DNA from: Candidatus Dadabacteria bacterium CSP1-2
Lineage (GTDB): Bacteria; Desulfobacterota_D; UBA1144; Nemesobacterales; CSP1-2
Direction of reading: 5' to 3'
Assembly: GCA_001443445.1 (NCBI GenBank)
Contig: LDXN01000009.1
Location: 4,798-68,797, forward strand
DNA: 64,000 nt
Part shown: positions 39,399 through 48,677 of the stretch, in pieces
Layout: each line of letters opens with the position of its first letter
Numbering within the stretch: the stretch's first letter is position 1
Position numbers and translations under genes: made by a program
Notes under the pieces: generated by a model
Databases searched by the model: none
Told to the model about the DNA's origin: nothing
The model's input: the letters and a program-made list of their open reading frames with translations, nothing else

Positions 39399-39473
39399 TG
39401 GTGGGCGGTACTGGATTTGAACCAGTGACTTCCACCGTGTGAGGATGGCACTCTACCGCTGAGTTAACCGCCC
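39399..39473 (-). tRNA. tRNA-Val (anticodon CAC), CCA encoded
   Basis: Reverse complement is gggcggttaactcagcggtagagtgccatcctCACacggtggaagtcactggttcaaatccagtaccgcccacca. The acceptor gggcggt/accgccc and the D, anticodon and T stems all pair. Confidence 0.9.
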
Positions 39474-39499
39474 CAATATTTTATATTGAACTTGATAAT

Positions 39500-39725
39500 T
39501 CTCGTAGCGTGCTACAGGGTGTCTCGTGTCATTGTGATCACTTCGATAAACTCAGTGTAAACTCTGCAAAGCAATCTGACACGGAGTGTCATTCCGAACC
39601 ATGTCCTGAGCTCGCCGAAGGGCATGTCCTGAGCAAGGACAAAGGAGCAGTGAGGAATCTCAATCAGATCGTTTCGTCGTGAAGCCTGTACTGAGCTTTG
39701 TCGAAGTGGTCCTCGCAAACGACAG
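39500..39725. repeat. Nested GC-rich mosaic repeats (GTCATTCCGA...GAGGAATCTC interrupted by GTCCTGAGC...CGAAGGG words)
   Basis: gtgtcattccgaacc (39587), gtcctgagctcgccgaaggg (39603), gtcctgagcaagg (39626) and gtgaggaatctc (39650) occur in series. Track ORFs 39512-39718 and 39698-40051 translate it. Confidence 0.6.
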
Positions 39726-39762
39726 CTAGGACTTTCTTTAGGTTTCCCGAAAAGATTAAATT

Positions 39763-39993
39763 TCAGAACTCTTCTTCAACAATAAGTAACTTTTCGGCCT
39801 CTTCTATTATCTCCCCGAGTCTTTCCCTGAAAAGCTTTATCCCGCCAAGTGGTATTACTATGCAGGATCTCCCCCCGCTCAGCTCTGTGATTCTCAAGTA
39901 TTTTCCCTTGTGGTTTTCCTTCACGTCGAAAAAAAACCTCTTGGACTCGATGTCAACATGCTTGCTAAGGTGTTCCTTCTCTAACTTTTCCAT
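39763..39993 (-). CDS. PUR-alpha-like (DUF3276-type) nucleic-acid-binding protein
   Basis: The block ESKRFFFDVKENHKGKYLRITE is typical of the family. The start is set at MEKLEKE (GGAGG plus 7 nt upstream) rather than the track start. Confidence 0.6.
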   Translation of the reverse strand: MEKLEKEHLSKHVDIESKRFFFDVKENHKGKYLRITELSGGRSCIVIPLGGIKLFRERLGEIIEEAEKLLIVEEEF

Positions 39994-40295
39994 TTTGCTA
40001 CCTCCACCACTTCGCCTTCTCCACATGAATTCTAAAATCGGGGTAGAATAATAACTCCATAGTAGAAAAAAATCAAGACATAATATTTAGGAGATTTATG
40101 AGATTCATCTAAGACATAAGTCATTGATATTCATTTATCGAGGAAAAGAAATTCGCTATTATCATAAATGCACAATTTCTATAAGGTGATTACACACATA
40201 AATACTTCTTTAAAAAATAAGCAATATTTATTTAGCAGCTTAATCATAGGGTGTTGTATAATAGGATTAAGCTAAAGAAATAAGGAGCATCAAAC

Positions 40296-41342
40296 ATGGA
40301 AAAAAAGCTAAAATTTGGAATCGCAGGTCCTGTGCCTGGAGAATCAATATCTAACTTAATTAACTACACAAAGCTCTATGAAAGAGGAGGCTTTGATACA
40401 GTCTGGTTTCCTGACCACGTCGTATTTATGGCTAAAACATTGACACCAGAAGTATGGTCTGTCATTACAGCCGCATCTATAAAAACAAAAAAGATAGTGA
40501 TGGGAACTATTGGCGATGCCCACAGAATTCATCCTGCAATATTTGCCCATCGTCTTGCAACCGTTGATCATATCTCAAGCGGAAGAATTTTTGTCTGTGT
40601 CGGATACGGAGAAAAAATGAATCTTGATCCTTATGGAATAAGATGGGATAAACCATTAAAGCGCGTTGTAGAATCCGTTAAGATCATGCGCGCTCTTTGG
40701 AAAGGAGAGCCAGTAGACTTCAATGGAGAAATATACAAACTATCTCAAGCTGAACTGAGAATAAAACCCGTACAAGAAAACGGCGTTCCTATATATATAG
40801 CTGCGACTGCAAAGAGAGCACTCAGTGTTGCAGGTCAGCATGGAGATGGATGGGTTACAAATGCTATGCCGCCTAGGCTATTCGCCGAGAAATCAAAAGC
40901 CGTAGAAGAAGCAAGAGCCACACAGAAAACTATAGACCAGATAGAAAAATGCATTTACATATTCGTATCAATTGCTCAAAATCAAGACGAAGCCTATAAA
41001 ACACTAGAGCCAATAAAACACGCCCTTATCTGGCCCGAGTTACTTCATGAGGCAGGATACGATGTAGAAATTGCCGATGAATACAAAGACCTTCAGTATA
41101 CAAAGATTATGCCAAATGATGCAGATATGCTTAGAAGATTCAGAGAGATGGGAGCGAGGTACTATTCGAGGGAGATCGTACTTGACTTCGTAATTACAGG
41201 CTCTAAAAAGGATGTGATAAACAAAATAGAAGAATACATTCGGTCAGGAGTCAATCATTTCATCCTACGAGACTTTAGTCCCGACCGCAAAAAATCGTTT
41301 AGGGTCTTATCAAAAGAAATTCTGCCGTATTTTCGAGGATAG
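40296..41342 (+). CDS. LLM-class (luciferase-like) flavin/F420-dependent oxidoreductase
   Basis: 348 aa with FDTVWFPDH near the N-terminus and a TIM-barrel LLM pattern. Confidence 0.75.
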   Translation: MEKKLKFGIAGPVPGESISNLINYTKLYERGGFDTVWFPDHVVFMAKTLTPEVWSVITAASIKTKKIVMGTIGDAHRIHPAIFAHRLATVDHISSGRIFVCVGYGEKMNLDPYGIRWDKPLKRVVESVKIMRALWKGEPVDFNGEIYKLSQAELRIKPVQENGVPIYIAATAKRALSVAGQHGDGWVTNAMPPRLFAEKSKAVEEARATQKTIDQIEKCIYIFVSIAQNQDEAYKTLEPIKHALIWPELLHEAGYDVEIADEYKDLQYTKIMPNDADMLRRFREMGARYYSREIVLDFVITGSKKDVINKIEEYIRSGVNHFILRDFSPDRKKSFRVLSKEILPYFRG

Positions 41343-41356
41343 AAAGGAAACCTGCA

Positions 41357-41623
41357 TCAGTGCTTTATCCATCTTGGAATCTGAGATACAAAATCAGAAA
41401 ATGGGTCTCCTGATGTATCTGCGTGGAAATAAACCTTTCTCATATAGTCGAGCGCACCAGAATAGAATTCAAACTCGTTTGATAATCTAGTAAACATTCT
41501 TGGATTTCCTTTTCCCGTTTGAAGGTCAAACTTAGATACTAAGGAATAAGACCTTGTACCCTCGTTTATGTAATAGTGGAGATAAGAGCCTCTAATCACA
41601 TAATCTCTAAAAATGCCGGTCAT
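41357..41623 (-). CDS. Hypothetical protein (88 aa), downstream half of the pair
   Basis: See 41620-41910. No motif recognised. Confidence 0.4.
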   Translation of the reverse strand: MTGIFRDYVIRGSYLHYYINEGTRSYSLVSKFDLQTGKGNPRMFTRLSNEFEFYSGALDYMRKVYFHADTSGDPFSDFVSQIPRWIKH

Positions 41624-41910
41624 AAATAAAGTGAAATCACTATATATTTTCTCATCTCTCTTTCCAACCCGGAAGTTTTTTGAGAAAGACTTTGAGTATC
41701 AACTATCATCTCGACAAGCGTTTCCACTTTTCTACCCTCCGATCCTCTAATCTTATAAAGCTTCTCTGTATTAACAAAATCCGCTAGAACATCCGTCAAG
41801 TATGATGCAACCTGAGTGTCCTTATCCTTACCGAGATCATAAAAACTCATTCTTACTAGCTTCCCAAAAAATGCTCTCAAAGAGGTCATGCTCATTCTCT
41901 CAACCTTCAT
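41620..41910 (-). CDS. Hypothetical protein (96 aa), upstream half of a coupled or frameshifted pair
   Basis: The ORF ends in an ATGA overlap with the next ORF. The downstream frame is already open 25 codons earlier, across a T6/A6 run at 41676-41681. Confidence 0.4.
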   Translation of the reverse strand: MKVERMSMTSLRAFFGKLVRMSFYDLGKDKDTQVASYLTDVLADFVNTEKLYKIRGSEGRKVETLVEMIVDTQSLSQKTSGLEREMRKYIVISLYL

Positions 41911-42107
41911 GGCTCTCTATTCCCTCCCTATAGTTTTGTAAATAACTATAATAATAATTTAGCAATGTGCATAAATAAATGTCAATTAGACATATTTCCT
42001 TGTTATGCTTTCTAACTTGGTTATAATTTTGCAACTTCTAAACGCATATTCCTAAGTTTGTCGATTGCGAAAATTGAATATATAAAAATTGAAACGAATT
42101 CATTAAG

Positions 42108-42539
42108 ATGGCAAGAGTTCACCTGGATTTACCGGATAGATTTGATTTTTCTACTGAAATTCCTTTACGTGTAAGTGATATAAACTATGGCGGTCACCTT
42201 GGGCATGATTCTGTTCTATCTTTAACTCATGAAGCCCGCGTGAGGCTGCTTAACAAATATGGTTTTACGGAAATGGATATTGATGGTTCAGGGTTAATCA
42301 TTTCTGACGTTGTTATAGTCTATAAGTCTGAGGCCTTTTACGGCGAGACTATGAAAATCGAAGTTGCAGCAATCGAGTTTAGTAAATACGGTTGTGACTT
42401 TATTTATAAAATCACAGAAAAAGAATCAGGAAGAGAAGTTGCTAGAGTTAAAACAGGAATTGTGTTTTTTGATTATAGTGAAAGAGAGGTAGCCCACGTT
42501 CCAGAAAAATTCAAAGCGATTTTTCTTTCAAATGATTAG
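42108..42539 (+). CDS. Hotdog-fold acyl-CoA thioesterase (4HBT/YbgC-like)
   Basis: 143 aa. The motif DINYGGHLGHDSVL and the overall size fit the family. Confidence 0.7.
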   Translation: MARVHLDLPDRFDFSTEIPLRVSDINYGGHLGHDSVLSLTHEARVRLLNKYGFTEMDIDGSGLIISDVVIVYKSEAFYGETMKIEVAAIEFSKYGCDFIYKITEKESGREVARVKTGIVFFDYSEREVAHVPEKFKAIFLSND

Positions 42540-42617
42540 AGCAAGGGCTCGATCTTATAATTTGGTGGAAAGTTTTTCGATATAATTACTATCGCGCTAC
42601 AAGTTGGAGCAGGCTTT

Positions 42618-42944
42618 TCAATTACTGAGTTTAAAAAGATACACTCCGTCTTTAATCTCTGAAACCTCTACAGGAACCCCAACATAAAGTTTATCTGGAG
42701 AAGTTTCTAGGATTCGCCCTGTAATCTTGCATCCACCTTCAAGCTCAACAATCGCCACAGTATAAGGAGCCTCCTTTTCATGGCTCGCAAGTGGAACATG
42801 TACTGTCGAATATGTATAAAGTATTCCCTTTCCGGGAACTTCAGTCTCTTCTAATTTCTCAGATTTACAAGATTTGCAGAAATAAGCAGGAATAGAACTA
42901 ATCTTTCCACAGGAAGAACACTTAAGAACTCTTATGTTCATCAT
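42618..42944 (-). CDS. DUF35 OB-fold/Zn-ribbon protein (thiolase partner)
   Basis: CSSCGK...CKSC Zn-ribbon followed by an OB fold. The start is set at MMNIRVL, 2 nt after the thiolase stop. Confidence 0.75.
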   Translation of the reverse strand: MMNIRVLKCSSCGKISSIPAYFCKSCKSEKLEETEVPGKGILYTYSTVHVPLASHEKEAPYTVAIVELEGGCKITGRILETSPDKLYVGVPVEVSEIKDGVYLFKLSN

Positions 42945-42946
42945 CC

Positions 42947-44113
42947 TTAACACCTTGCCAAGATGTGAACAACGCATGTTGCGCCGGAGCCACCGAGATT
43001 ATGAGTAAGACCAATCTCGGCGTCCTTTACCTGTCTGTCTCCAGCCTCCCCTCGCAGTTGCTCCACAATTTCAACAATCTGACCTACTCCTGTTGCTCCC
43101 ACAGGATGACCCTTAGCTTTAAGCCCACCGCTTGGATTTACCGCGAATTTCCCGTTGAGCGATGTTAATCCATCAAGCGTAGCAGGCCCCCCTTCACCTT
43201 TTGGAACAAATCCAAGGTCCTCGATTGCAATTATCTCGGCAATCGTAAAGCAGTCGTGAACTTCAGCCACATCTACATCCTCACGCTTTACACCAGCCAT
43301 TTGAAAAGCCATGTTTGCTGCTTCAACAGTTGCATCAAATCTTGTTAAATCGTCCTTCTGGTAAAGTGCAAAGGAATCATTTGCCTGAGCAAACCCAATT
43401 ATGTCAACTGGTTTTCTAGAAAGATTTCGAGCAGTACCTTTGTCAGCTAAAATAACTGCCGATGCCCCATCTGTTATAAGTGAGCAATCATAGAGACGTA
43501 GAGGGTCGGCAACAACCCTGTTGTCATTTAAAATCTGCTCCATGCTTACCAGCTTTTGCATTTGTGCGTCAGGATTCTTAAGTGCATTTGTATGATTTTT
43601 TACAGTTACAGCAGCAAGGTGCTCTCTTGTGGTTCCGTATTGATGCATGTGCCTTCTTGCCATCATCGCAAAAGCACTTGGAAATGTGTAGCCCACCTTT
43701 ACCTCATGCTCCCAGTCTCCGGCTTTAGCAAGAAACTCCGTAACCTTTGGTGTAGGAACGGTGTTCATCTTTTCGATTCCAATAACTAGCACCTTACCAG
43801 CAGTTCCCGAACCAATCGCAAGAATCCCTTCCCTCACTGCCGAGCCTCCTGAAGCACAGGCGTTTTCAATATGTGTACAAGGAATATCGCGTCTCAGTCT
43901 CAAAGCTGCGCCAACATAAGGAGCAAGGTGGTTCTGGTTTATAAAATCGCTTCCTGCGTAATTACCGAGATAAAAGGCCTCAACCTCATCAGTTGTTATA
44001 CCTGCATCCGCCATAGCTTTCTTCCCTGCTTCTACCGCAAGATCGAGAAAACTTCGGTCCTTAATTACTCCATACCTTGTATTTCCTATTCCTATAACAG
44101 AGACTCTTTTCAT
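42947..44113 (-). CDS. Thiolase-domain protein (SCP-x/archaeal-type, DUF35-associated)
   Basis: IENACASGG holds the active Cys, and the C-terminus has HNLGGSGA. The start is set at MKRVSVIGIG. Confidence 0.8.
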   Translation of the reverse strand: MKRVSVIGIGNTRYGVIKDRSFLDLAVEAGKKAMADAGITTDEVEAFYLGNYAGSDFINQNHLAPYVGAALRLRRDIPCTHIENACASGGSAVREGILAIGSGTAGKVLVIGIEKMNTVPTPKVTEFLAKAGDWEHEVKVGYTFPSAFAMMARRHMHQYGTTREHLAAVTVKNHTNALKNPDAQMQKLVSMEQILNDNRVVADPLRLYDCSLITDGASAVILADKGTARNLSRKPVDIIGFAQANDSFALYQKDDLTRFDATVEAANMAFQMAGVKREDVDVAEVHDCFTIAEIIAIEDLGFVPKGEGGPATLDGLTSLNGKFAVNPSGGLKAKGHPVGATGVGQIVEIVEQLRGEAGDRQVKDAEIGLTHNLGGSGATCVVHILARC

Positions 44114-44235
44114 TTTTAAACCCAAATGGTTAGCATCAAAGCCGCAGACTTACTAAAGACCAATTAACCACAAATGACCACGAAGTAGCAATTTACTACA
44201 TAGTTACATAAATTTCTATCAATTAGGATTTTAGT

Positions 44236-44318
44236 AGATTCGCCGTTCATGGTTCGACAAGCTCACCACCTACGGCTTAGTTCAAGTACCGTTCGCCCTT
44301 GTCGAAGGGCGTGTTTGT
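44236..44318. repeat. GC-rich mosaic repeat (GGTTCGACAAGCTCACCAC...GCCCTTGTCGAAGGGC)
   Basis: gccctt-gtcg-aagggc forms a hairpin at 44295-44310. The GTCGAAGG word is shared with 46783, 52383 and 57908. Confidence 0.55.
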
Positions 44319-44408
44319 TTAACTAACTCCTAGCAATAATAAATTAACAGTCTACTAGCATCAGCTATCGGTTCTTGGTAAGACCTTTTGCTGATTTCAA
44401 AACAGATT

Positions 44409-45599
44409 TTAAGCCTTTTCAAGAATCATCGCTATTCCCATACCGCCGCCAATGCAGAGAGAAACAAGGCCTTTTTTAGCTGCTTTTCTTCTTTTCATCT
44501 CATGAAGTAACTTTACCACGAGAACAGCACCAGATGCTCCAATTGGATGTCCAAGCGCAATAGCACCACCGTTCACATTTATTTTCTCATCAGGAATTGG
44601 CAGATCTCTAAGCACAGACAAGGACTGAACTGCAAACGCCTCGTTTAGCTCAAAGAGGTCAATATCATCTAAAGAAAGTCCAGCCTTATGCAATACCTTT
44701 TGAATAGCAGGAACTGGTCCGATTCCCATTACGGAAGGCTCTACTCCTGCAACTGCGTACGCCACTACTGAACCCAAGGGCTTTAGTCCAAGCGCTTTTG
44801 CCTTCTCCGGTGTTGTAACAATCATAGCCGCAGCGCCATCGTTTATTCCGGAAGCGTTCCCTGCAGTGACAGTTCCACCTACTTTAAACACGGGGCGCAA
44901 GCCAGCGAGGCTCTCTAATGTTGTATCCGCCCTGGGGTGTTCGTCCTTTTCAAATGGAATGGGGTCCCCCCTTCTCTGAGGCACCAATACCGGAACTATT
45001 TCATCCTTAAACTTTCCTGACTCCATAGCAGCCTTTGTCTTCATCTGACTTTTATAAGCAAATTCATCCTGTTCTTTCCTCGTGATGTTGTACACCTCAG
45101 CTAGGTTTTCTGCTGTTACGCCCATGTGGTAGTTATTGAATATGTCCCACAATCCATCGTAGACCATACCGTCTACTATCTCATCCTTTGGCATTGCCAT
45201 TCTATAACCGTATCGCGCCTTCTGAAGATAAAATGGGGCTGCACTCATGTTCTCTATACCACCGGCGATTACTACCTCTGCATCCTCCGCTTTAATAGCC
45301 TGTGCAGCAAAAACAACTGACTGAAGGCCCGATCCACAAACCCTGTTTATTGTAATGGCAGGAGTTTGTACATTAAGACCTGCATTAAGAGAAACCTGTC
45401 TTGAAGGGTTCATCCCCTGTCCTGCTGAGAGAATGTTTCCCATGATACAATCATCAATTACCTTGGGATCAATGCCTGTACGGTTTAAAATCTCTTTTAC
45501 AACGGTAGAACCCAGAGTTGGAGCAGGAAAATCCTTCAGGACTCCACCAAATGTACCAATAGCTGTTCTTAGTGGTTCGCAAATTACAACTTTCTGCAT
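44409..45599 (-). CDS. Acetyl-CoA C-acetyltransferase (thiolase II)
   Basis: [14 protein letters not shown] and [14 protein letters not shown] motifs are present. The start is set at MQKVVICEP (GGAGG upstream) rather than the track start. Confidence 0.9.
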   Translation of the reverse strand: MQKVVICEPLRTAIGTFGGVLKDFPAPTLGSTVVKEILNRTGIDPKVIDDCIMGNILSAGQGMNPSRQVSLNAGLNVQTPAITINRVCGSGLQSVVFAAQAIKAEDAEVVIAGGIENMSAAPFYLQKARYGYRMAMPKDEIVDGMVYDGLWDIFNNYHMGVTAENLAEVYNITRKEQDEFAYKSQMKTKAAMESGKFKDEIVPVLVPQRRGDPIPFEKDEHPRADTTLESLAGLRPVFKVGGTVTAGNASGINDGAAAMIVTTPEKAKALGLKPLGSVVAYAVAGVEPSVMGIGPVPAIQKVLHKAGLSLDDIDLFELNEAFAVQSLSVLRDLPIPDEKINVNGGAIALGHPIGASGAVLVVKLLHEMKRRKAAKKGLVSLCIGGGMGIAMILEKA

Positions 45600-45904
45600 T
45601 GCCGTTAGCCTCCTTAATTTTTTACCTTGTGGCATTCTACCTTAAGAAATAAATATTTGCAAAGTTTTCAGCCAACCACTAAGGCACAAAGTTAGGAATA
45701 TGAGTTTTAAAGTAGATTCAAGAACCGGAAGAAAGAATTCCAAATCCTATCTTCGTGTCTTAGTGTCACATCGGCAGAGCTCGGCGCAGGCTTTGTGGCT
45801 GAACAGCCAAATTTCTAACCTGATTTGACAAATAATTAAAAAAAGTTAAATCTATAAATCCTTACTACCTGAATAATAACTCATAATCTCTAGGAGGTGC
45901 TGAT

Positions 45905-46663
45905 ATGATAAAGGATCTATATGACCTAAGCGGCAAGGTTGCCCTTGTCACGGGGGGCTCAAGGGGCATCGGTAGAGCAATATGTCTTGCTTTTGCTGAA
46001 GCAGGCGCCGATATTCTGCTTAACTACGCGAGAAGCGATAAACAGGCAGATGATGTAAAGAGACAAATCGAAGCCATGGGGAGAAAGTGTGTGACAGTGC
46101 GTGCTGATGTGAGTAAGTTCGAGCAGGCTCAGAATCTTGGCAAAGCAGTCATTAATCATTTTGGTAAGGTAGATATCTTGATAAACAACGCCGGAGTAAA
46201 CAGAGATAGGACACTCAGGCGTATGACACCAGAGCAGTGGAATGAGGTCATCCAAACCAACCTCTCAAGCTTATTTAATTGTACTAAGGCTGTGATTGAG
46301 CCTATGATTGCTCAAAATAGCGGCGTGATTGTTTCTGTTTCTTCAATCATAGGAGAGATGGGTAATGTTGGTCAGGTTAATTATGCATCAACTAAAGCCG
46401 GAATAATTGGTTTTACAAAGACAATGGCAAGGGAACTTGCAGGGAATAATATACGTGTAAACGCAATTGCTCCTGGATTTATAGAAACCGATATGCTAGG
46501 CACCGTACCTGAAGATATAAGAAAACAAATAGTAGCACAAATTCCATTGGGAAGATTTGGGACACCCGAAGAGATTGCACTTGCTGTTCTATTCCTATGC
46601 TCCCCTGCTGCAAGCTGGATTACGGGAATTACACTTAGAATGAACGGCGGACATTATATTTAA
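45905..46663 (+). CDS. fabG: 3-oxoacyl-[ACP]/acetoacetyl-CoA reductase (SDR)
   Basis: 252 aa with TGGSRGIG, NNAG and YASTKAG (YxxxK) motifs. Confidence 0.85.
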   Translation: MIKDLYDLSGKVALVTGGSRGIGRAICLAFAEAGADILLNYARSDKQADDVKRQIEAMGRKCVTVRADVSKFEQAQNLGKAVINHFGKVDILINNAGVNRDRTLRRMTPEQWNEVIQTNLSSLFNCTKAVIEPMIAQNSGVIVSVSSIIGEMGNVGQVNYASTKAGIIGFTKTMARELAGNNIRVNAIAPGFIETDMLGTVPEDIRKQIVAQIPLGRFGTPEEIALAVLFLCSPAASWITGITLRMNGGHYI

Positions 46664-46828
46664 TTACAATATCTACAAAAGATTCATACCAATTCCGACT
46701 GAAGACTGTGCTATCTCCCACTATAGGTCTTTCAATACCTGAGATGTTCAGCGGATAATTATCAGCTAATCCAGAGTATGTCGAAGGATGCCTATTTCAG
46801 GCCAAATGAGCACAAATCGCCCTTCGAC

Positions 46829-46881
46829 GTAGGCACGACCTTGTTCGTGCCCAAAAATAGCACAGACAAGTCTGTGCCTAC
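46829..46881. repeat. Compound GTAG...CTAC element with two internal hairpins
   Basis: The sequence is gtaggcacgaccttgttcgtgcc...gcacagacaagtctgtgcctac. Stems are ggcacga/tcgtgcc and gcacagac/gtctgtgc. It abuts the truncated hicA. Confidence 0.7.
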
Positions 46882-46913
46882 ATTATTCGAACAGTTATCA
46901 AATGGAAATGGTA

Positions 46914-47048
46914 TTAGACCTCGCTTTTGATTGGGGTAGTTTTTTTCGTTATTTGTGTAAATGGAATGGAATGTTTCTTACCTTCGCGTAATAGATAAAA
47001 CCCGTTTTCCTCAAAATACTCGATTAAGTCACGGCGTTTTACCGACAT
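46914..47048 (-). pseudogene. hicA: HicA-family toxin, apparently C-terminally truncated (44 aa)
   Basis: Hand-translated as MSVKRRDLIEYFEENGFYLLREGKKHSIPFTQITKKTTPIKSEV. The N-terminal two thirds look like HicA (RRDLI..LE..GF.L.REGGKHSI). The usual C-terminal part is missing. Confidence 0.5.
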
Positions 47049-47049
47049 T

Positions 47050-47268
47050 CTATACCTCGATAGGTATTTGCTCCAAGAGAGCTCTCCCAATTGGGATTTC
47101 TTTATTTTGCTGTCTGTAAGCTATTATCATTTCACGCAGAGCATCCTGAAGCATTTGCCTACTCTCTTCTAAAGTTTTTCCCTCCGTTATTACCTCCGGC
47201 CACTCTACCAACTGCCCCATATAGCCAGATTTTATTTTTATATATTTCGGGGTATAGGTGCTTATCAT
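47050..47268 (-). CDS. hicB: HicB-family antitoxin (UPF0150 fold)
   Basis: 72 aa with the block GYMGQLVEWPEVITEGKTLEESRQMLQDAL. Its stop lies 1 nt before the hicA ATG. Confidence 0.7.
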   Translation of the reverse strand: MISTYTPKYIKIKSGYMGQLVEWPEVITEGKTLEESRQMLQDALREMIIAYRQQNKEIPIGRALLEQIPIEV

Positions 47269-47465
47269 ATCGTCGCCTCCTTCTAGACCGCTCTGTAGCC
47301 TTCTTGTCTTATTAACATTATTTTATCCATAATACCTTAATACCTTCCTATTGCTATTCTTTCACCAAAGATATACCTACTTCAATAAAAATCCCCTATA
47401 TTTTCTTGACAACCCAACTGCATTTGGGTAACCCATTAGCAAATAATTCATTGGAGAAAAAATAA

Positions 47466-48566
47466 TTGTCGAAAATTACAGTCGGAGTTATTTTTGGAGG
47501 AAGGTCGGTAGAGCATGAAGTATCACTGCTCTCAGCAAAGTCAATTATAAGAAACTTAAACCCAGACAAATACCAAGTCTTTCCCATATTCATTGAAAAA
47601 AACGGAACGTGGCGGAAAGCGTCTATTGATAGGTGGATAAAGGATGGGGAATTGAAAATATTCACTAACTCCTTTCTTTCTCCGTCTTTAAATCCCGAGA
47701 AACCCGTATTTTACGAGCTCGGCTTGAACAAGGTTGAAGGAGAGCACAGGGTTGACGTTCTCTTTCCCGTTCTTCATGGGACATATGGGGAAGACGGAAC
47801 TGTGCAGGGACTCTTTGAGCTTATGGGAATTCCCTTTGTCGGCGCTTCGGTCCTTGGCTCTTCAATGGGCATGGACAAAATCGCCATGAAGACAATATTT
47901 AGGGAAGCTAAGCTACCAGTAGTAAAATTCACTGGATTCTACAGTCATGAGTGGAGATTAAATAGAGAAATAATAGCGAAAAATGTATTAAGTGAGATTG
48001 GAATACCCTGCTTTGTAAAATCTGCAAATCTTGGTTCAAGCGTCAGTATAACAAAGGTTAAATTAGAAGATGGCTTAGAAAAAGCTATAGATTTTGCCTG
48101 TACCTTTTCACATAGAATCATGGTCGAAAAGGCTGTATTAAACCCAAGAGAGATTGAGGTAAGCGTCCTCGGAAATGAAAACCCGATTGCATCCCTTCCT
48201 GGAGAAATTATCCCACACAGAGAGTTCTATGATTACATAGCAAAGTATATCGAAGATGGAACAGCGCTCATTGCTCCAGCAAACATTGAAGAAGGATTAG
48301 TAGAGAAGTTTCAGGAATATGCCATTAGAGCTTTTAAAGCGTTAGACTGCGAAGGGATGGGAAGGGTGGATTTCTTGATGGAAAAGACAACAGACGAGAT
48401 ATTTGTAAGTGAGATAAACACAATCCCCGGTTTTACGCAGATAAGTATGTATCCAAAACTCTGGGAAGTAAGCGGAATAAAATATCCAGAACTTGTAACA
48501 CGGCTAATAGACTTAGCACTTGATAGACATGAGATGAAAAAGAAATTGAGGACTGATATAAAGTAA
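47466..48566 (+). CDS. ddl: D-alanine--D-alanine ligase
   Basis: 366 aa with VIFGGRSVEHEVSL, an ATP-grasp domain and EINTIPGFT. TTG start. Confidence 0.93.
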   Translation: MSKITVGVIFGGRSVEHEVSLLSAKSIIRNLNPDKYQVFPIFIEKNGTWRKASIDRWIKDGELKIFTNSFLSPSLNPEKPVFYELGLNKVEGEHRVDVLFPVLHGTYGEDGTVQGLFELMGIPFVGASVLGSSMGMDKIAMKTIFREAKLPVVKFTGFYSHEWRLNREIIAKNVLSEIGIPCFVKSANLGSSVSITKVKLEDGLEKAIDFACTFSHRIMVEKAVLNPREIEVSVLGNENPIASLPGEIIPHREFYDYIAKYIEDGTALIAPANIEEGLVEKFQEYAIRAFKALDCEGMGRVDFLMEKTTDEIFVSEINTIPGFTQISMYPKLWEVSGIKYPELVTRLIDLALDRHEMKKKLRTDIK

Positions 48567-48677
48567 TGAGTTTAAAACCAATGTTATTAACTCACGTTAC
48601 GCATGTTATGTATTCGTAACCTTCACTTGTCATCCTTGAGTGTGTGAGTGTGTGTAACAAGTGTGTGACATGAGTTA

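Noticed and set aside
47396-47665. 89-aa minus-strand ORF overlapping the ddl start
   Set aside because: It is antisense to the well-supported ddl N-terminus and promoter region and has no motif.
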